Origin: Octopus vulgaris
Taxonomy: Eukaryota
Assembly (NCBI GenBank): GCA_951406725.2
Contig: OX597817.1
Span: 68,572,001-68,636,000, forward strand
Length of the DNA: 64,000 nt
Direction: 5' to 3'
Shown in pieces: positions 26,340-38,700 of the stretch. How positions within the stretch are numbered: the stretch's first letter is position 1; each line of letters opens with the position of its first letter. A model generated the notes under the pieces. The model was not told where the DNA came from, did no database searches, and saw only the letters and a program-made list of their open reading frames with translations. Made by a program: the position numbers and the translations under genes.

Positions 26340-26520
26340 TGGAGGGCAAGTTACTTTGTGGTATTGCAGTCTGAGTTCAAATTCCGCCGAGGCCGACTTT
26401 GTTTTTCATCTTTTCGGGGTCGATAAAATAAGCACCAATCAATCACTGGAGTTGATTTAATCGACTTTTTACTCCCTTCTTCGTTCTCAAATTTCATACC
26501 TTATGCCAATAGTAGAAAGG
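26340..26520 (+). mobile_element. SINE family A (partial)
   Basis: CTGAGTTCAAATTCCGCCGAGGCCGACTTTG..GGGGTCGATAAA. Confidence 0.8.
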
Positions 26521-27059
26521 GATTATTATGTACTGTGCCATATTGGTTAAGCCTGAGAATTACGTAAAGTTTACATGTGTCTGTCGATTACCATCCACTG
26601 ACACGTTGATAGAATGATTGGATATCTATCGACAAAACTAATAGAAGATTCATCTCATACTTGAAATGGCTACATAAAAGAATCGAAAATCACCGACAGA
26701 TTCGGTCCGTTGAACCGTAACTTGTGATTTATGATACTTGTCGAAGACTTAAGAGAAAAGCTGTTACTGATTTCTTTGGGGTTAGTTTTGATTTACTGGA
26801 ATTATAGCTTTCTTCATTTATGAGTTTATTTACATCTAAGACAATTTATAGATATGGTACACTGACCCAATTTGTTGACTGGTACTTTATTTTTTTTATC
26901 AAACCCTGGAACATAAAGTTAATCATGGTAGTAACAGAGCTCTCAACATAAAAAGATGTAACCAAAAACAGTAAAGTATTTTTTCCAATGCTCTAAGTAT
27001 TAATCAGATCTTCTAAGTATTAATCAGACACTCGATTTTGAATGGTCTTCGTTGACCAG

Positions 27060-27290
27060 CGACTCACTCCGTCGGTTGCGACGACGAGGGTTTCAGTTAA
27101 TCTGATCAACGGAACAGCCTGCTCGTGAATTTAACGTGCAAATAGCTGAGCACTTCACAAACACGCGTACCCTTAACGTAGTTCTCAAGGAGATTTAGCT
27201 TGACACAGAATGTAAAAAGGTTGGCCCTTTCAAATACAGGTACTACTCCTTTTTACCAGTTGAGTGAACTGGGGCAACGTGAACTAAAAT
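27060..27290 (-). mobile_element. SINE family C-related 3' part
   Basis: Reverse complement aligns by eye with 30040-30230. Confidence 0.7.
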
Positions 27291-28479
27291 GTCATCATAT
27301 AAAGAGGAAAGAGACTATTAAGGATAGATTATTATTAAGGAGGTAGGGTGGCACTATCTCTAGAGCATTGGACAAAATTACCTTGTGGTATTTCTTCCAG
27401 CTCTTTACATTATGACTTCAAGTCCTACCAAGGTCAACTTCTTTAATTTCTCCGGGGCGGGTAAAATAGATCATCAGTCTAACACTGGAATCATGGATCT
27501 TTAGGACAAACATATGAAAATGATTTCGGCAGTAATTTAATTGACTGAGTGGTGGATTAAAACTGTAGTAAGCCAAACTAAATAGTTTTCGTTGTTGAGT
27601 TTCGTTTCTTAGCCTCGAGTCAACTTAAGTTTTGAGAATGGAATTCTAGTGGGATCGAACCGAAGACCGCACGGTTGCGAAACAAATTTTTTTAACCATT
27701 CAGCAATGCTGCACATATGTGGTATTATTTCTATAAGGCTATTTCATGTTCCCAGTTTATAGCCTACCATACAAGGTATGCGCTGTCACCGTATTCGATA
27801 AAGCAAGCACCAATAACAAGTTGGGGTTTAGAGAGCGAATTATACTAAAATTTCATTTAGTGTCAATGTATCCGTAATTTGTTTCGGAGAATCCATTTCG
27901 GTAAGTACACTCTACCATACATTCGAGATACATTTAAGTGATATGTAGTAGACAGAAAAATTATATATGCGTGTGTATGTAAGCACACATAAAATCAAAA
28001 TACATATACATACGGTGAATGTATGTACTTTCAATATGACAGGCCACACTTTTGCACTTATTTAGCCGGAATTTTGCGTTAGTTTATGTAACTTTTAGTC
28101 TCTTTGTTATTGGATTTTTTTTTTCACATTTTATTAACTATTTTCTGAATTACTTGAATTTAAATACGTCTGAGTAAGCCAACATTTCCGGATCAACTTA
28201 AGACTGTTAATATCTTATAAAAAATTTACCAAACATATAGCGAATTCAAATGATTGTATTCGTTAGAAGTGTTTATAAAGCCAAGGATGTCAATATATAT
28301 ATATAATGTGTATGTGTAACTTTGAAACTTCAGCAGACTTGGGATAAATCGTTTTTAATGAAGAAAATCGAAGTAGATAAGTGTTTTAAACTCAATTTAC
28401 ATGGTATTATAGCTTTATCTTCTTCATGTTTTACCGTTAAAATCGATTTATCTAAGTTCATAATGCCGTGACGGTTTAT

Positions 28480-28660
28480 ATACACGTGCATTCCTTTCTC
28501 CATTTTTTTCTCTCCTTATCTCTTCTTTCTTTCTGAAAACGAGTGTACACTCGAAACGTAGAAGAGTTTGTTCCTTTTCTTTTTTCCTGAGTGTAAACCT
28601 AATACACTCTTTCTTTCTTTTTTATCTCTTTACCTTGTCTTCGTGTTATATTCTTTTGCA

Positions 28661-28663
<3 letters not shown>
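28480..28663 (+). mobile_element. Short hammerhead-bearing element, copy 1 (retrozyme-like / solo PLE repeat) ending in (TA)n
   Basis: TTCTTT-CTGAAAAC-GAGT GTAC ACTC-GAAAC-GTA-GAAGAG at 28527-28566. Upstream CATTTTTTTCTCTCCTT and downstream CCTGAG..CTAATAC are shared with copy 2. Confidence 0.65.
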
Positions 28664-28714
<51 letters not shown>

Positions 28715-28715
<1 letters not shown>

Positions 28716-28904
28716 CGGGAAGGTTTACGAAAATAAACAAAAGACGAAGGCAGGTGGAGTACAAACAAACAAATGTATTAGTATGGCGCTCAGGAATAGA
28801 AGTAGAACAAGTCTTTTATGTTTCGAGCCTACGCTCTTCGACAGAAAGATACACAGAAAAGAAACAAGGAGAGAAAAAATGCGTGTAGGAGCTAACGGTC
28901 CATC
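28715..28904 (-). mobile_element. Short hammerhead-bearing element, copy 2, flanked by (TA)n on both sides
   Basis: Minus strand TCTTT-CTGTCGAA-GAGC GTAG GCTC-GAAAC-ATA-AAAGA (28812-28849), then CCTGAGCG..CTAATAC. Confidence 0.7.
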
Positions 28905-28946
<42 letters not shown>

Positions 28947-29476
28947 AAAACCAGGGCGGGATTTTAAAGTTATTTACTGACGTAACTTTCAACGCCATAC
29001 ATTCCATATACCATATACATGTTGGATAAGAGATCAACTAGTACAATTTAGTACAGTTCGATGTGGCTTTCATTTGTTGTCCTACACACATCTAATCGGT
29101 ACTCCGGTCGGATGAGAAAAGATCAATTTACGGACATACTGTGCGTGTGTCTTTGTGTGTGTGATTTTAATGTGCCATCAGAGCCGTCACTCACGGGGAA
29201 GTATGACGTGATAGCCTGTACCATACTTTTCGCTAATTGTTTAAGGTATCCATATAGTCACGAGCAGATAGAGGAACCTTTTCGGTCCTCCCGTTCTTTA
29301 CCCAGAGAAACATCCAGCTGAAGTCCACTTGATTGAAAGACATTTTCAACTGAAAAGACTGGAGTAACTTAAAATGAAGTGCCTGACTCAAGGAGACAAC
29401 GCTCAGTCCAGGAATAGAATCCATCATGTTATGACTACGAGCACTTCATCTTAACGTCTAGACTTTATATATGTAA

Positions 29477-29872
29477 TTTTCCTACTCTAAGCACAAGGCT
29501 CGAAATTTTTGGTGAGGGAGCCAGTCGATTAGATCGATTCCAGTATACAACTGGTACTTAATTTATCGTTTCCAGCAGGACGAAAGGCAAAGTCGACCTC
29601 GGCAGAATTTGAACTCAGAACGTAAAGACAGACGAAATACCTATTTCTTTACTACCCACAAGGGGCTAAACACAGAGAGGACAAACAAGGACAGGCAAAC
29701 GGATTAAGTCGATTATATCGACCCCAGTGCGTAACTGGTACTTATTTAATCGATCCCGAAAGGATGAAAGGCAAAGTCGACCTCGGCGGAATTTGAACAC
29801 AGAACATAGCGACAGACAAAATACCGCTAAGCATTTCGCCCGGCGCGCTAACGATTCTGCCAGCTCGCCGCC
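29477..29872 (-). mobile_element. SINE family A, dimeric (head + body + tail 1 + second body + tail 2)
   Basis: Two copies of the GTATTTCGTC..GGTCGACTTTGCC..AAGTACCAG body joined at AAAGAAATAG|GTATTTCGTC near 29640. Confidence 0.9.
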
Positions 29873-29949
29873 TTAATCACCGATTAATATTTGTTTCCTC
29901 GTCTTATAAAATAAATGTCTATGTATAATAGTTTATTATGTACAATAAG

Positions 29950-30233
29950 GCACGTGGCTTAGTGGTTGAGGTATCCGGCTCACGCTCGTTTGGTTGTAAG
30001 TTCAATTTCCGGCGATGCGTTGTGTCCTTGAACAAGACACTTTATTTCGCGTTACTCCAGTCTACTCAGCTTGCAAAAGTGAATGGCACCTGTATTTCAA
30101 AGGGCCAGCCTTGTCACGCTGACACGTGCCTGTGGAGTGCTCAACCACTCTCACGTTAATTTCACGTGCAGTCTGTTCCTGAGATCGGATCAACTGGAAC
30201 ACTCGTTACCGCAGCCAACAGAGGGCCAGTTAG
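29950..30233 (+). mobile_element. SINE family C variant with 14-bp TSD
   Basis: tRNA head GCACGTGGCTTAGTGGTT. TSD TTATGTACAATAAG at 29936-29949 and 30234-30247. Confidence 0.88.
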
Positions 30234-30379
30234 TTATGTACAATAAGCATCCCGTTTTTTGTTTGTTGTTTATTTTTAAAACTTTAAAAACCAGATATTA
30301 TTTGTTATATGAATGTTATGCATCACGCGCGCCCTGAATATTAATCTGCTGGGGACAAGTGCGAACTTTTAGACGTAGG

Positions 30380-30540
30380 TAAGGCCGTGTCGTTAAGAAG
30401 TTCACTTTGCAACCATGTGGTTTAGGGTTCAAATCCGTTGGGCAAGTAAGTATCTGCTATATTGATCCAGGGTCGATTGATGCATTGTGAATGACAACCA
30501 CTGTGAGTGGTTGTCAGAAACCAGTTGTATATAAGCATGT

Positions 30541-30598
<58 letters not shown>

Positions 30599-30790
30599 TG
30601 CTTGTTTCTCACTGTTTGATAACCAATGTTCGTTTATTTTCCAGTAATGTAACGGTTTGGTAAAAAAAAATAAAAGAGACCGATATAATGACTTCATAAA
30701 AACACTGTAATGAGGTCCATCTGTTTAGGTAAACATTCTAAGGCGTTACCCCAATTCGACGAAAACTTACATTACTAAAACAAGTAAAAT
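30380..30790 (+). mobile_element. SINE family B (diverged, expanded internal (TG)n)
   Basis: Collinear motifs CAACCATGTGG, GGGCAAGT, AACGGTTTGG..AGAGACCGAT. Confidence 0.7.
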
Positions 30791-31254
30791 AATGAATTCA
30801 TTTCCTTTGTGAATATTTTTCTCTAATTGTCACTACTCTGGAAATGACAGATATCTGCTTCGCTGATGAGATCAAAACATGTCTAAGAATTGTTTCCTCA
30901 AATGGTAAAAAAAAAAAATATTATTTGTCATTGATTAACTTATTTTTCTTCTCTACATAATCAATTCTTTTTATCATTATTTATTTATGTGTATATCTAG
31001 CTGTCTTCCACATAATTATTTCTCTTAAAGTTTTAATGCTCACCGCATTAAGTATCTTAAGACTAGCGTAACTAGATACATGAAAATCTAACTTCTTCAC
31101 TGCATTGTTTTAAGTGTGATACACGATCCCTATTGATCGTTTTTTTCTCTCTCATTTTTACGATCTCTTTTGATCGAAAACCTACTTTGTAACTTGTCCC
31201 CTCTGTGTTCAGCCCTGTGATGCTAATAAACAAACAACTTTTCCGTCCTCCCTA

Positions 31255-31620
31255 CCTTGTTAAAATTTAGCATAATTAGTTATGCTAAATACGTCACCAC
31301 ATATTTCTAACCCTAAAGCCTAACCGTAAAACCTTAAAACCAGTACAAACGCACGAAAGATGTCATAAATAACAGTGACAAACGAAAAATACACCGCCGA
31401 TAGTTGTTGACAAACAATGGCAGTAATTTTATTCAGCTGAATTCACATCATTGATTGGTTGAAATTACCGAAATACGAGAACTTTAACGTGAAATAACTT
31501 GGTAAATATAAGTTTTTCTTAAAAATGCTAAGAGTAAAACATGTTTTATATGATGCATTGTACCAGTGTCCGAAGCTTGAAAGTGTTTAGTTACAAAAAA
31601 TTGTTTTTTAAATCTGTAAA
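31255..31620 (+). mobile_element. Truncated relative of the MITE at 4158-4567
   Basis: 31445-31617 aligns with 4376-4546 (TGATTGGTTGAAATT..ATGTTTTATA..TACCAGT..CGAAG..TTTAGTTAC). Contains CTAACCCTAA-type motifs. The right TIR is missing. Confidence 0.65.
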
Positions 31621-32660
31621 GTCTGTTCCTGTGATCGGATCAACTGGAACACTCGTTACCGCAGCCAACAGAGGGCCAGTTAGTTATGTACAATAAGTTC
31701 CTCCCACCTTTCAATCACATACAAAACGGGTTTACTTCGCGAATCTCCAAAATGTAATTAAAAATACAATAAAAATGTATTGTAGTGAATGAATAAAATG
31801 TGTTTCAAGAATGGCGCACGAGCGAATCTAAAATTTAGTCTTCATCAAAGCTCTTCCCAGTAACAGCCAATCTACGGGAAAGTAACCTCGTTCCTTCTTT
31901 TTAAAGAGACCATATTTCTCTCAATACTTGTGACGAAGTAGCTACCAGCTAAAACTTTTCTTTTATTTCTAACAATTCTAATTCCAATGCCATACTCAAG
32001 AATTTTTGAAAGTAATTTTATTCCGCCCCGCACACTCTCTCTCTTTCTCTCTCTTTCACTTTATTCTCTCTGTTTACGCAGAATATTTTACTAAGATTTC
32101 ACTGAAATGTTATGTAAAAAAATGCGGATATTAATTTCTCTCAAAGATTACATTTTAGTTTCTATTTATTCTCAACGTTGAAGTTGCTTACATGTACTCA
32201 TTGTTTAAAGTCTTCTTTTGTTCGCCTCCATTGAAACTGCGTGGAAGGCTGAAAATAATAATTTATTCGTTTTTCATTCATTTATTCATTTATTTTTTTT
32301 TAAAAAGCATTTCTGTCTTTCTTTATAACGTTATCATTTAACATTCAACTGTGTTGTGGCCTACAAAAAACAAAAAGAAAGTAGTAAAATTAAGCAAAGG
32401 GAGCCAGTCCAAAATGCTTGCAATTGTTTAGGTACGTCATTCTTTAAAGAATCTGCAGAAAAGAGCTTACAATTGTATTAATCATCTCATCTTTCTGCCG
32501 CAAGGGATGCTTTCTTTCATCAAATATTCTAGCTCAACGTTTAACCTGCTTAATATTGCTGCTTTTGCTACTATACACTTTTCTGCTTCTCGTCACATAT
32601 GATGCATCATCAGTCACGTATTCTTCATCCATCTATATCGAACTGTGTGTGTGTGTCTGT

Positions 32661-32711
<51 letters not shown>

Positions 32712-32749
32712 GATGGGTATGTGCATACGTGTGTGTGTTTGTGTGCGTA

Positions 32750-33560
32750 ATCCACACACATACATACACACACACACACACACACAACACCAAGACAATC
32801 ACACACACGGTTGACAAACGGGCATACATATACACACACCATCCTACCAAATTTCTAAAAAAACACACATCTATTTACACCACAATGGACCCTGGGACCA
32901 TTCAAAAACAGCCTACACACACAAACACATGTATACATATACACACACAAAGGGACATACACACTCACACCATATATACGCACACACACAAACACATGCT
33001 CAATACCAACACACACAAAACGCATATACACACACACGCCACACAGATACACCCAACAGACATGGACACTCATACGAACAAACACATACACACTAACGCA
33101 CACGCAACACACTAACAAACATTAACCACACACATACACACACACACAAACGGGCACACATATACACACACCATCCTACCAAATTTTTAAAGATCAGACA
33201 TCTATTTACACCCCAATGGACCCTGGGACCAATTAAAAACAGCCCCCCCACACACACACACACACAAACACATGTATACATATATATATACACACACACA
33301 AAGACACACACTCACACCATTCTGACCTCCATACAGTCACACATATACACACGCAGCACCATGCCAGATGCCTATCACACACATACATACACACACACAC
33401 ACACAACACCAAGATAATCACACACACGGTTGACAAACGGGCACACATATACACACACCATCCTACCAAATTTTACAAACACACAGACACATCTATTCAC
33501 ACCACATATGTATATACACACACACAAAGACACACACACTCAAACCATCCTGACCTCTTA
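32750..33560. repeat. CA-rich complex minisatellite, about 3 units of ~300 bp
   Basis: ACAAACGGGCA(T/C)ACATATACACACACCATCCTACCAAATTT occurs three times (about 32815, 33146, 33433). CAATGGACCCTGGGACCA occurs twice. Confidence 0.85.
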
Positions 33561-33775
33561 AGCCAATCCCCCAAATCATTGATGCTTGAAGGAGAGACAA
33601 AAAGGAGAAATTCTTTTCAGTTCCACATTACTCCTCCTTCCCCCCACCCAAACACACCTACAGTGTCCCTTGAAATAGATAATATTCTTTTACGTTAACA
33701 TGGTGGACAGGCCAGTTTTAGCTTCCCTACTATTATAACGTAAACCTTTTTGAACTTATAATATTATGTGCGTGT

Positions 33776-34185
33776 ATACCAATATTCCACTAAACTTTTT
33801 AATAATTCCTTCTGGAAATTATCTTGAGAATGTATAATATATTTGTTGTAATCTTTTGTGCCCAATATTTCAATGAACTTGTTAAACTTTTTTATGTTCT
33901 TAACATGCTCTTGTCACCAAAGAATGTATATATGTATTGTAGTACTCTGTGTCAACCAATACTCTGTGCGTGTTTGAATATACAGATACAATACCAATAT
34001 CTCACTGAACTTTTTAATAATTCCTTCTGGAAACTATCTTTAACATGTTCTTGAGAATGATTATTTATGTTGTAATCTTTTGTGCCCAATATTTTAAGGA
34101 ACTTGTTAAACTTTTTTATGTCCTTAACATTTCCTTCTTACCAAAGACTGTATATATGTAATGTAGCATTTTGTAACAACCAATA
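33776..34185. repeat. Tandem duplication of a ~200-bp unit
   Basis: 33776-33961 versus 33991-34185 (AACTTTTTAATAATTCCTTCTGGAAA; GTTGTAATCTTTTGTGCCCAATATTT; GAACTTGTTAAACTTTTTTATG). Confidence 0.85.
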
Positions 34186-34291
34186 ATTAACGCAACCAAA
34201 CTTCTACATGTTACTTTTGACAATTTTTTTCCAAAGAGTGAAACTGGTAAAGTAAATAAACATCTTTTAAAATTGCATTTTCAAACCTTTC

Positions 34292-34346
<55 letters not shown>

Positions 34347-34349
<3 letters not shown>

Positions 34350-34700
34350 CTTAGAATAACTTAGAAAGGTTTTGGCCAGTATTGGCCCAGGCCATGTCTA
34401 ACTTAATAGCACCACCTGGCGAAGTCTTTCAGTTCAGGATTTGGGCACCAAGGCCCATTCGAGCAGAGAGTTATTGTTTGCGGAGACATATCCGGGTGTG
34501 GGTGGTTTGTCCGGTACTGTTTGAAGGAATTTGTCCAAAGACTTCTTGAATTTTGTGTGGTCAGTTTCTTTTTTGACGTGTCCTGGTGTAATGTTGAAGA
34601 GAGCGGGTCCAATTGAGGTGAAATAGTTGTGCCGTATTGTCGTTATGTGATGCGATTTAGATTTTTGTTGTGGACGGATGGCACGTGGTCCAAGCCTTGG
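34347..34700 (-). mobile_element. CR1/L2-group LINE 3' fragment inserted in (TA)n
   Basis: Minus-strand open frame PRLGPRAIR..NYFTSIGPALFNITP..FKKSLDKFLQTVPDKPPTPGYVSANNNSLLEW..*, a short 3'UTR and a (TTCTAAGTTA)2 tail. TA repeats on both sides. Confidence 0.8.
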
Positions 34701-34711
34701 ATATATATATC

Positions 34712-34856
34712 TTTATTGCCCACAAGGGGCTAAACACAGAGGGGACAAACAAGAACAGACAAAAGGATTAAGTCGATTACATCGACCCCAGTGCGAAACT
34801 GGGACTTTATTTATCGACCCCGAAAGGATGAAAGGCAAAGTCGACCTCGGCGGAAT
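34712..34856 (-). mobile_element. SINE family A body + tail 1 fragment
   Basis: Near-identical to 29645-29790. Confidence 0.85.
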
Positions 34857-35009
34857 ATATATATATATATATACATGTAATATGGCAATTATGTAAAAAA
34901 TTTTTTTGAATTCATAATATTCTATGTTACTTTTGACAATCTTTTTCCAAAGAGTGAAACCGGTTAAGTAAATAAACATCTTTTAAATTGCATTTTCAAA
35001 CCTTCTTTC

Positions 35010-35079
<70 letters not shown>

Positions 35080-35174
35080 TTGTATGTACATGTGTGTGTG
35101 TGTTTGATGAGAGAGAGAGAGGGGTATCACGCAGTGGAGCTGAACTCGGAACCATGTGGCTGGGAAGTTAGCTT

Positions 35175-36410
35175 GTTTATTTCATTACATTTGCCATAAA
35201 TGCATAATACAGATGGAAGCTTTGCGGGCTGGACACAGACACAATGATGAAATGAAAAAAGAGATGGTTGGTGGGGGAAGCAACCAACGCCCGCCGATTG
35301 TTACTTCCCGATAACATTGTTCTTTTTTAAAAACACAAATGAGGTGTTGAACCTCTTACAGCAATTACAAATTGAGGCACTGAGCCTCTTACCAATAAAA
35401 AATAAAGTCCAGCAAAGTATATTCAACTTCAGGCGCTAAACCTCTTACCAATCTCCATGTTCGAATCGAGGCACTAAGACCTCTTACTCTACCTCCCGAT
35501 TAAGTCTCTTGCCGCCTGCAGTCGCAAGCCGGGGTCCCATAAGAGATAATTATATTTATCTTTGGTAAAGGAATCCATCACCCTGTAGAAATAATTTTCC
35601 TCTATGACTTATGCAGCCACCTGCGGAGACTAATCCAGGCTTTCACTGCAGTTCAAGGCCGCCTGTTCCCGACCTTCCAGATTCCTCACAAATTTCTCTA
35701 CGTCCCCTCTCTTGAGAAAGAAGATCACAAATTCTTCATTTATTATATTGGGAGGGGCCACAGTTTCCTCCGTCGGTAGAAAAATTCCCACCGACGAGGG
35801 TTCGGGACGTGCCGGTAGTGTCCTGCTAACCGCCGGCACTGTCCCATTCTTTTTCTTTTTTTCTTGTCTTTGATACGGGAGGGGGTGGTTCCTGTGCTTT
35901 AACCGGAGGATCATCTCTCCCTCCCGCAGCTTTAGGGTCCTTCATTGAGCAACCATTGTTGCGCACCTTCTTCCTTTTCCCCTTTTTTCGGGGAGGTTTG
36001 TACCTCCTTGACTACCTCCATCTCGCCCTCCGGAGGAGGAAGGGGCTTTTCCACAACCAACTGTTCCAGGACCCTTCTCTGGTCCTAGGGACAGTTCTTT
36101 TTTATGTGGCCCGGTTCCAGGGACAGGTGACACTTGGGGTGGGCGTTCCTCAAGAATCACCGGGTACCTGCAACCGGCCATTTAAAAAAAATCTGGATAA
36201 ACCAGATTCTTGGCTGATTGGGTCCACAGGGTCAAAACAGCTTTTGACCCAACCCAATCAGCCGCCGGCAAAATTTTAACATTAAGCAGCATGGATCCGT
36301 TGCCACCCAGACCCCGGCAGATAGTATCCTCTATCCACTCGGGTTCTATCCCGGGTGGCAACTCGCAGACCCAAGCTCTTGTCAACTTCTTTCTACCATC
36401 AGTTGTAAAT
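35175..36410 (-). pseudogene. L1/Tx1-like ORF1 remnant followed by 3'UTR and AATAAA, without ORF2
   Basis: VTRAWVCELPPGIEPEWI..DWVG..YPVILEERPP then, after a frameshift, KCHLSLEPGHIKKNCP (degenerate CCHC), followed by a basic/Pro-rich region. Homologous in layout to 3507-4025. AATAAA on the minus strand at 35176-35181. Confidence 0.7.
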
Positions 36411-37024
36411 AATGTAAATTCTATAGTATTTTTTATAAGTAGATTATTAAGAATTGTATTTTTTGAAAATTGTTAAACTATTTTGTACATTGTAGAAGTA
36501 TAAATAATTATTTCCACATAAATTTTAGCCACAAAAATTATACATGGACCCACACACACACGCACACACACTGTCATATGTACCCCAGTTGAGAACCACT
36601 GGTTTATAGCATCAATCTCACCGATATCATTACATCAAGATTTGAGTTGTTCAAATCCGCAAAAGGCACCACGCATTCGCCTATTCATCACTATCTACAT
36701 GGTAGTGAATAGATCTCGTCTCTGTAGGAAGGCCTGAAATAAGCATAGACATGGAACTTTCTTGAAGACACCCAAGATCAACTAATCCATTATAGAATGT
36801 GCGTCTTCCAAGCTTATTGTTACAGAGACTGTAAACCTTGTCTTACGGAGAAATATAACATTCTTTGACAGCCTTTTCAATTTTGAACAAAAGTACTGGT
36901 AAGATAATTGCAAACATTTCCATTGCTTTTCCATCTAAAATCTGGCTAACATTGAATTTGACATGCACTGAAAGAAGGTTATACATTTATTTTAACAGCA
37001 TTAATTTACATTTATTCACCAATA

Positions 37025-37070
<46 letters not shown>

Positions 37071-37089
37071 ATAGATAGATAGATAGATA

Positions 37090-37470
37090 AGCATGGCTGT
37101 GTGGTAAGAAGCTTCTTTCCCAACAGTTCCAGGTTCAGTCCCACGTCGTGGTATCTTGGGTAACTGGTTCCTACTATTGCCCCAGCCCAACAAAAGCATT
37201 TCTAGAGGTTTTCCTAGACGGAACTGAAAGAAGCTCGTTGTTAGTGTACACACACACACAATCTGAACTTGTGTTTTCCTCCACCACCGCTAGGCAAACG
37301 GTGTTGATTTGTTTATATCTCTGCAACTTAGCGGTTCGGTATGCGTGACCGATAGAATAAGTACCAGGCTCTACAAAATAAGTACTGGATGTACTGGGGT
37401 CGATTTGTTCGACGAAAACCCTTCAATATTGTGCCCCAGCATGGCTGCAGTCTAATGTTTGAAACAAATA
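37090..37470 (+). mobile_element. SINE family B
   Basis: Collinear with other B copies. Confidence 0.85.
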
Positions 37471-37511
37471 AAAGGTGAAAGAAAAAGATGTATGTATCCA
37501 AATATATACGT

Positions 37512-37955
<444 letters not shown>

Positions 37956-38700
37956 TAAAATCAACAAAGATATAATATATTGCAATTGTTCTAGTTTTAA
38001 GTAGTTTCTTTCCATTCCAACTTCTCTGGATTATTTACGAAGATAATAAATACATTGTCATTTAAAGATGACATTTTATAAATCAATGTCTAGGTTTACA
38101 TTATAATGTTCAGCGCAGCTTGTTTCAGTGTATTCAACTCTCTAATGCAAGATGTTAAGTACACTATAGCCGACTAAATAATATTACACTACAGTAAAAT
38201 TATACTGCCGAGCCTATCACTGGTCAGCTAACCTGCTAGAAATAGATACTTCTTCCGCAAACCACACTGTACATCCTAAAATAGTAGGAAGATCTGGCAA
38301 AAACAAAAGAAAAAAAATCGCGACTGATATACCTTTGGTCATAGTTCTGCTCTCTCAGAAGTGACTTGGAGTTAAATAACAGCAGCAGGAACAGAAATAT
38401 CAACAACGAAATAACAAACACTAGACTGCACAATGCAACGATTTAATGATAGAAACCCTTCGTAGTTGGTTGACATGTTAGAAATCGAAAATAAATATCT
38501 CCTTAATACCATGCCATTTCTTTTTAGCCAACAAAAAGCATGTGATTATTCTTAGGGAATCAATAATGTAATGAAATGTTTTAATACCAACCTGCATGAG
38601 ACAGCTCCTGGATTTAAGATACCCACTTGTTTCAAATTAAGTCTTTCCATTAAAATTTCGAGTTAATCCATGTTTCAAACATCAAAATGATAAAGTCATT

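Noticed and set aside
30860-30890. Hammerhead-like CTGATGAGATCAAAACATGTC
   Set aside because: No GAAA, no real stem II, and stem I does not pair.
35341-35487. CRISPR array
   Set aside because: Only four imperfect ~19-bp repeats with irregular 14-37-bp spacers, no cas genes, eukaryotic retroelement context; kept as a hairpin-repeat finding.
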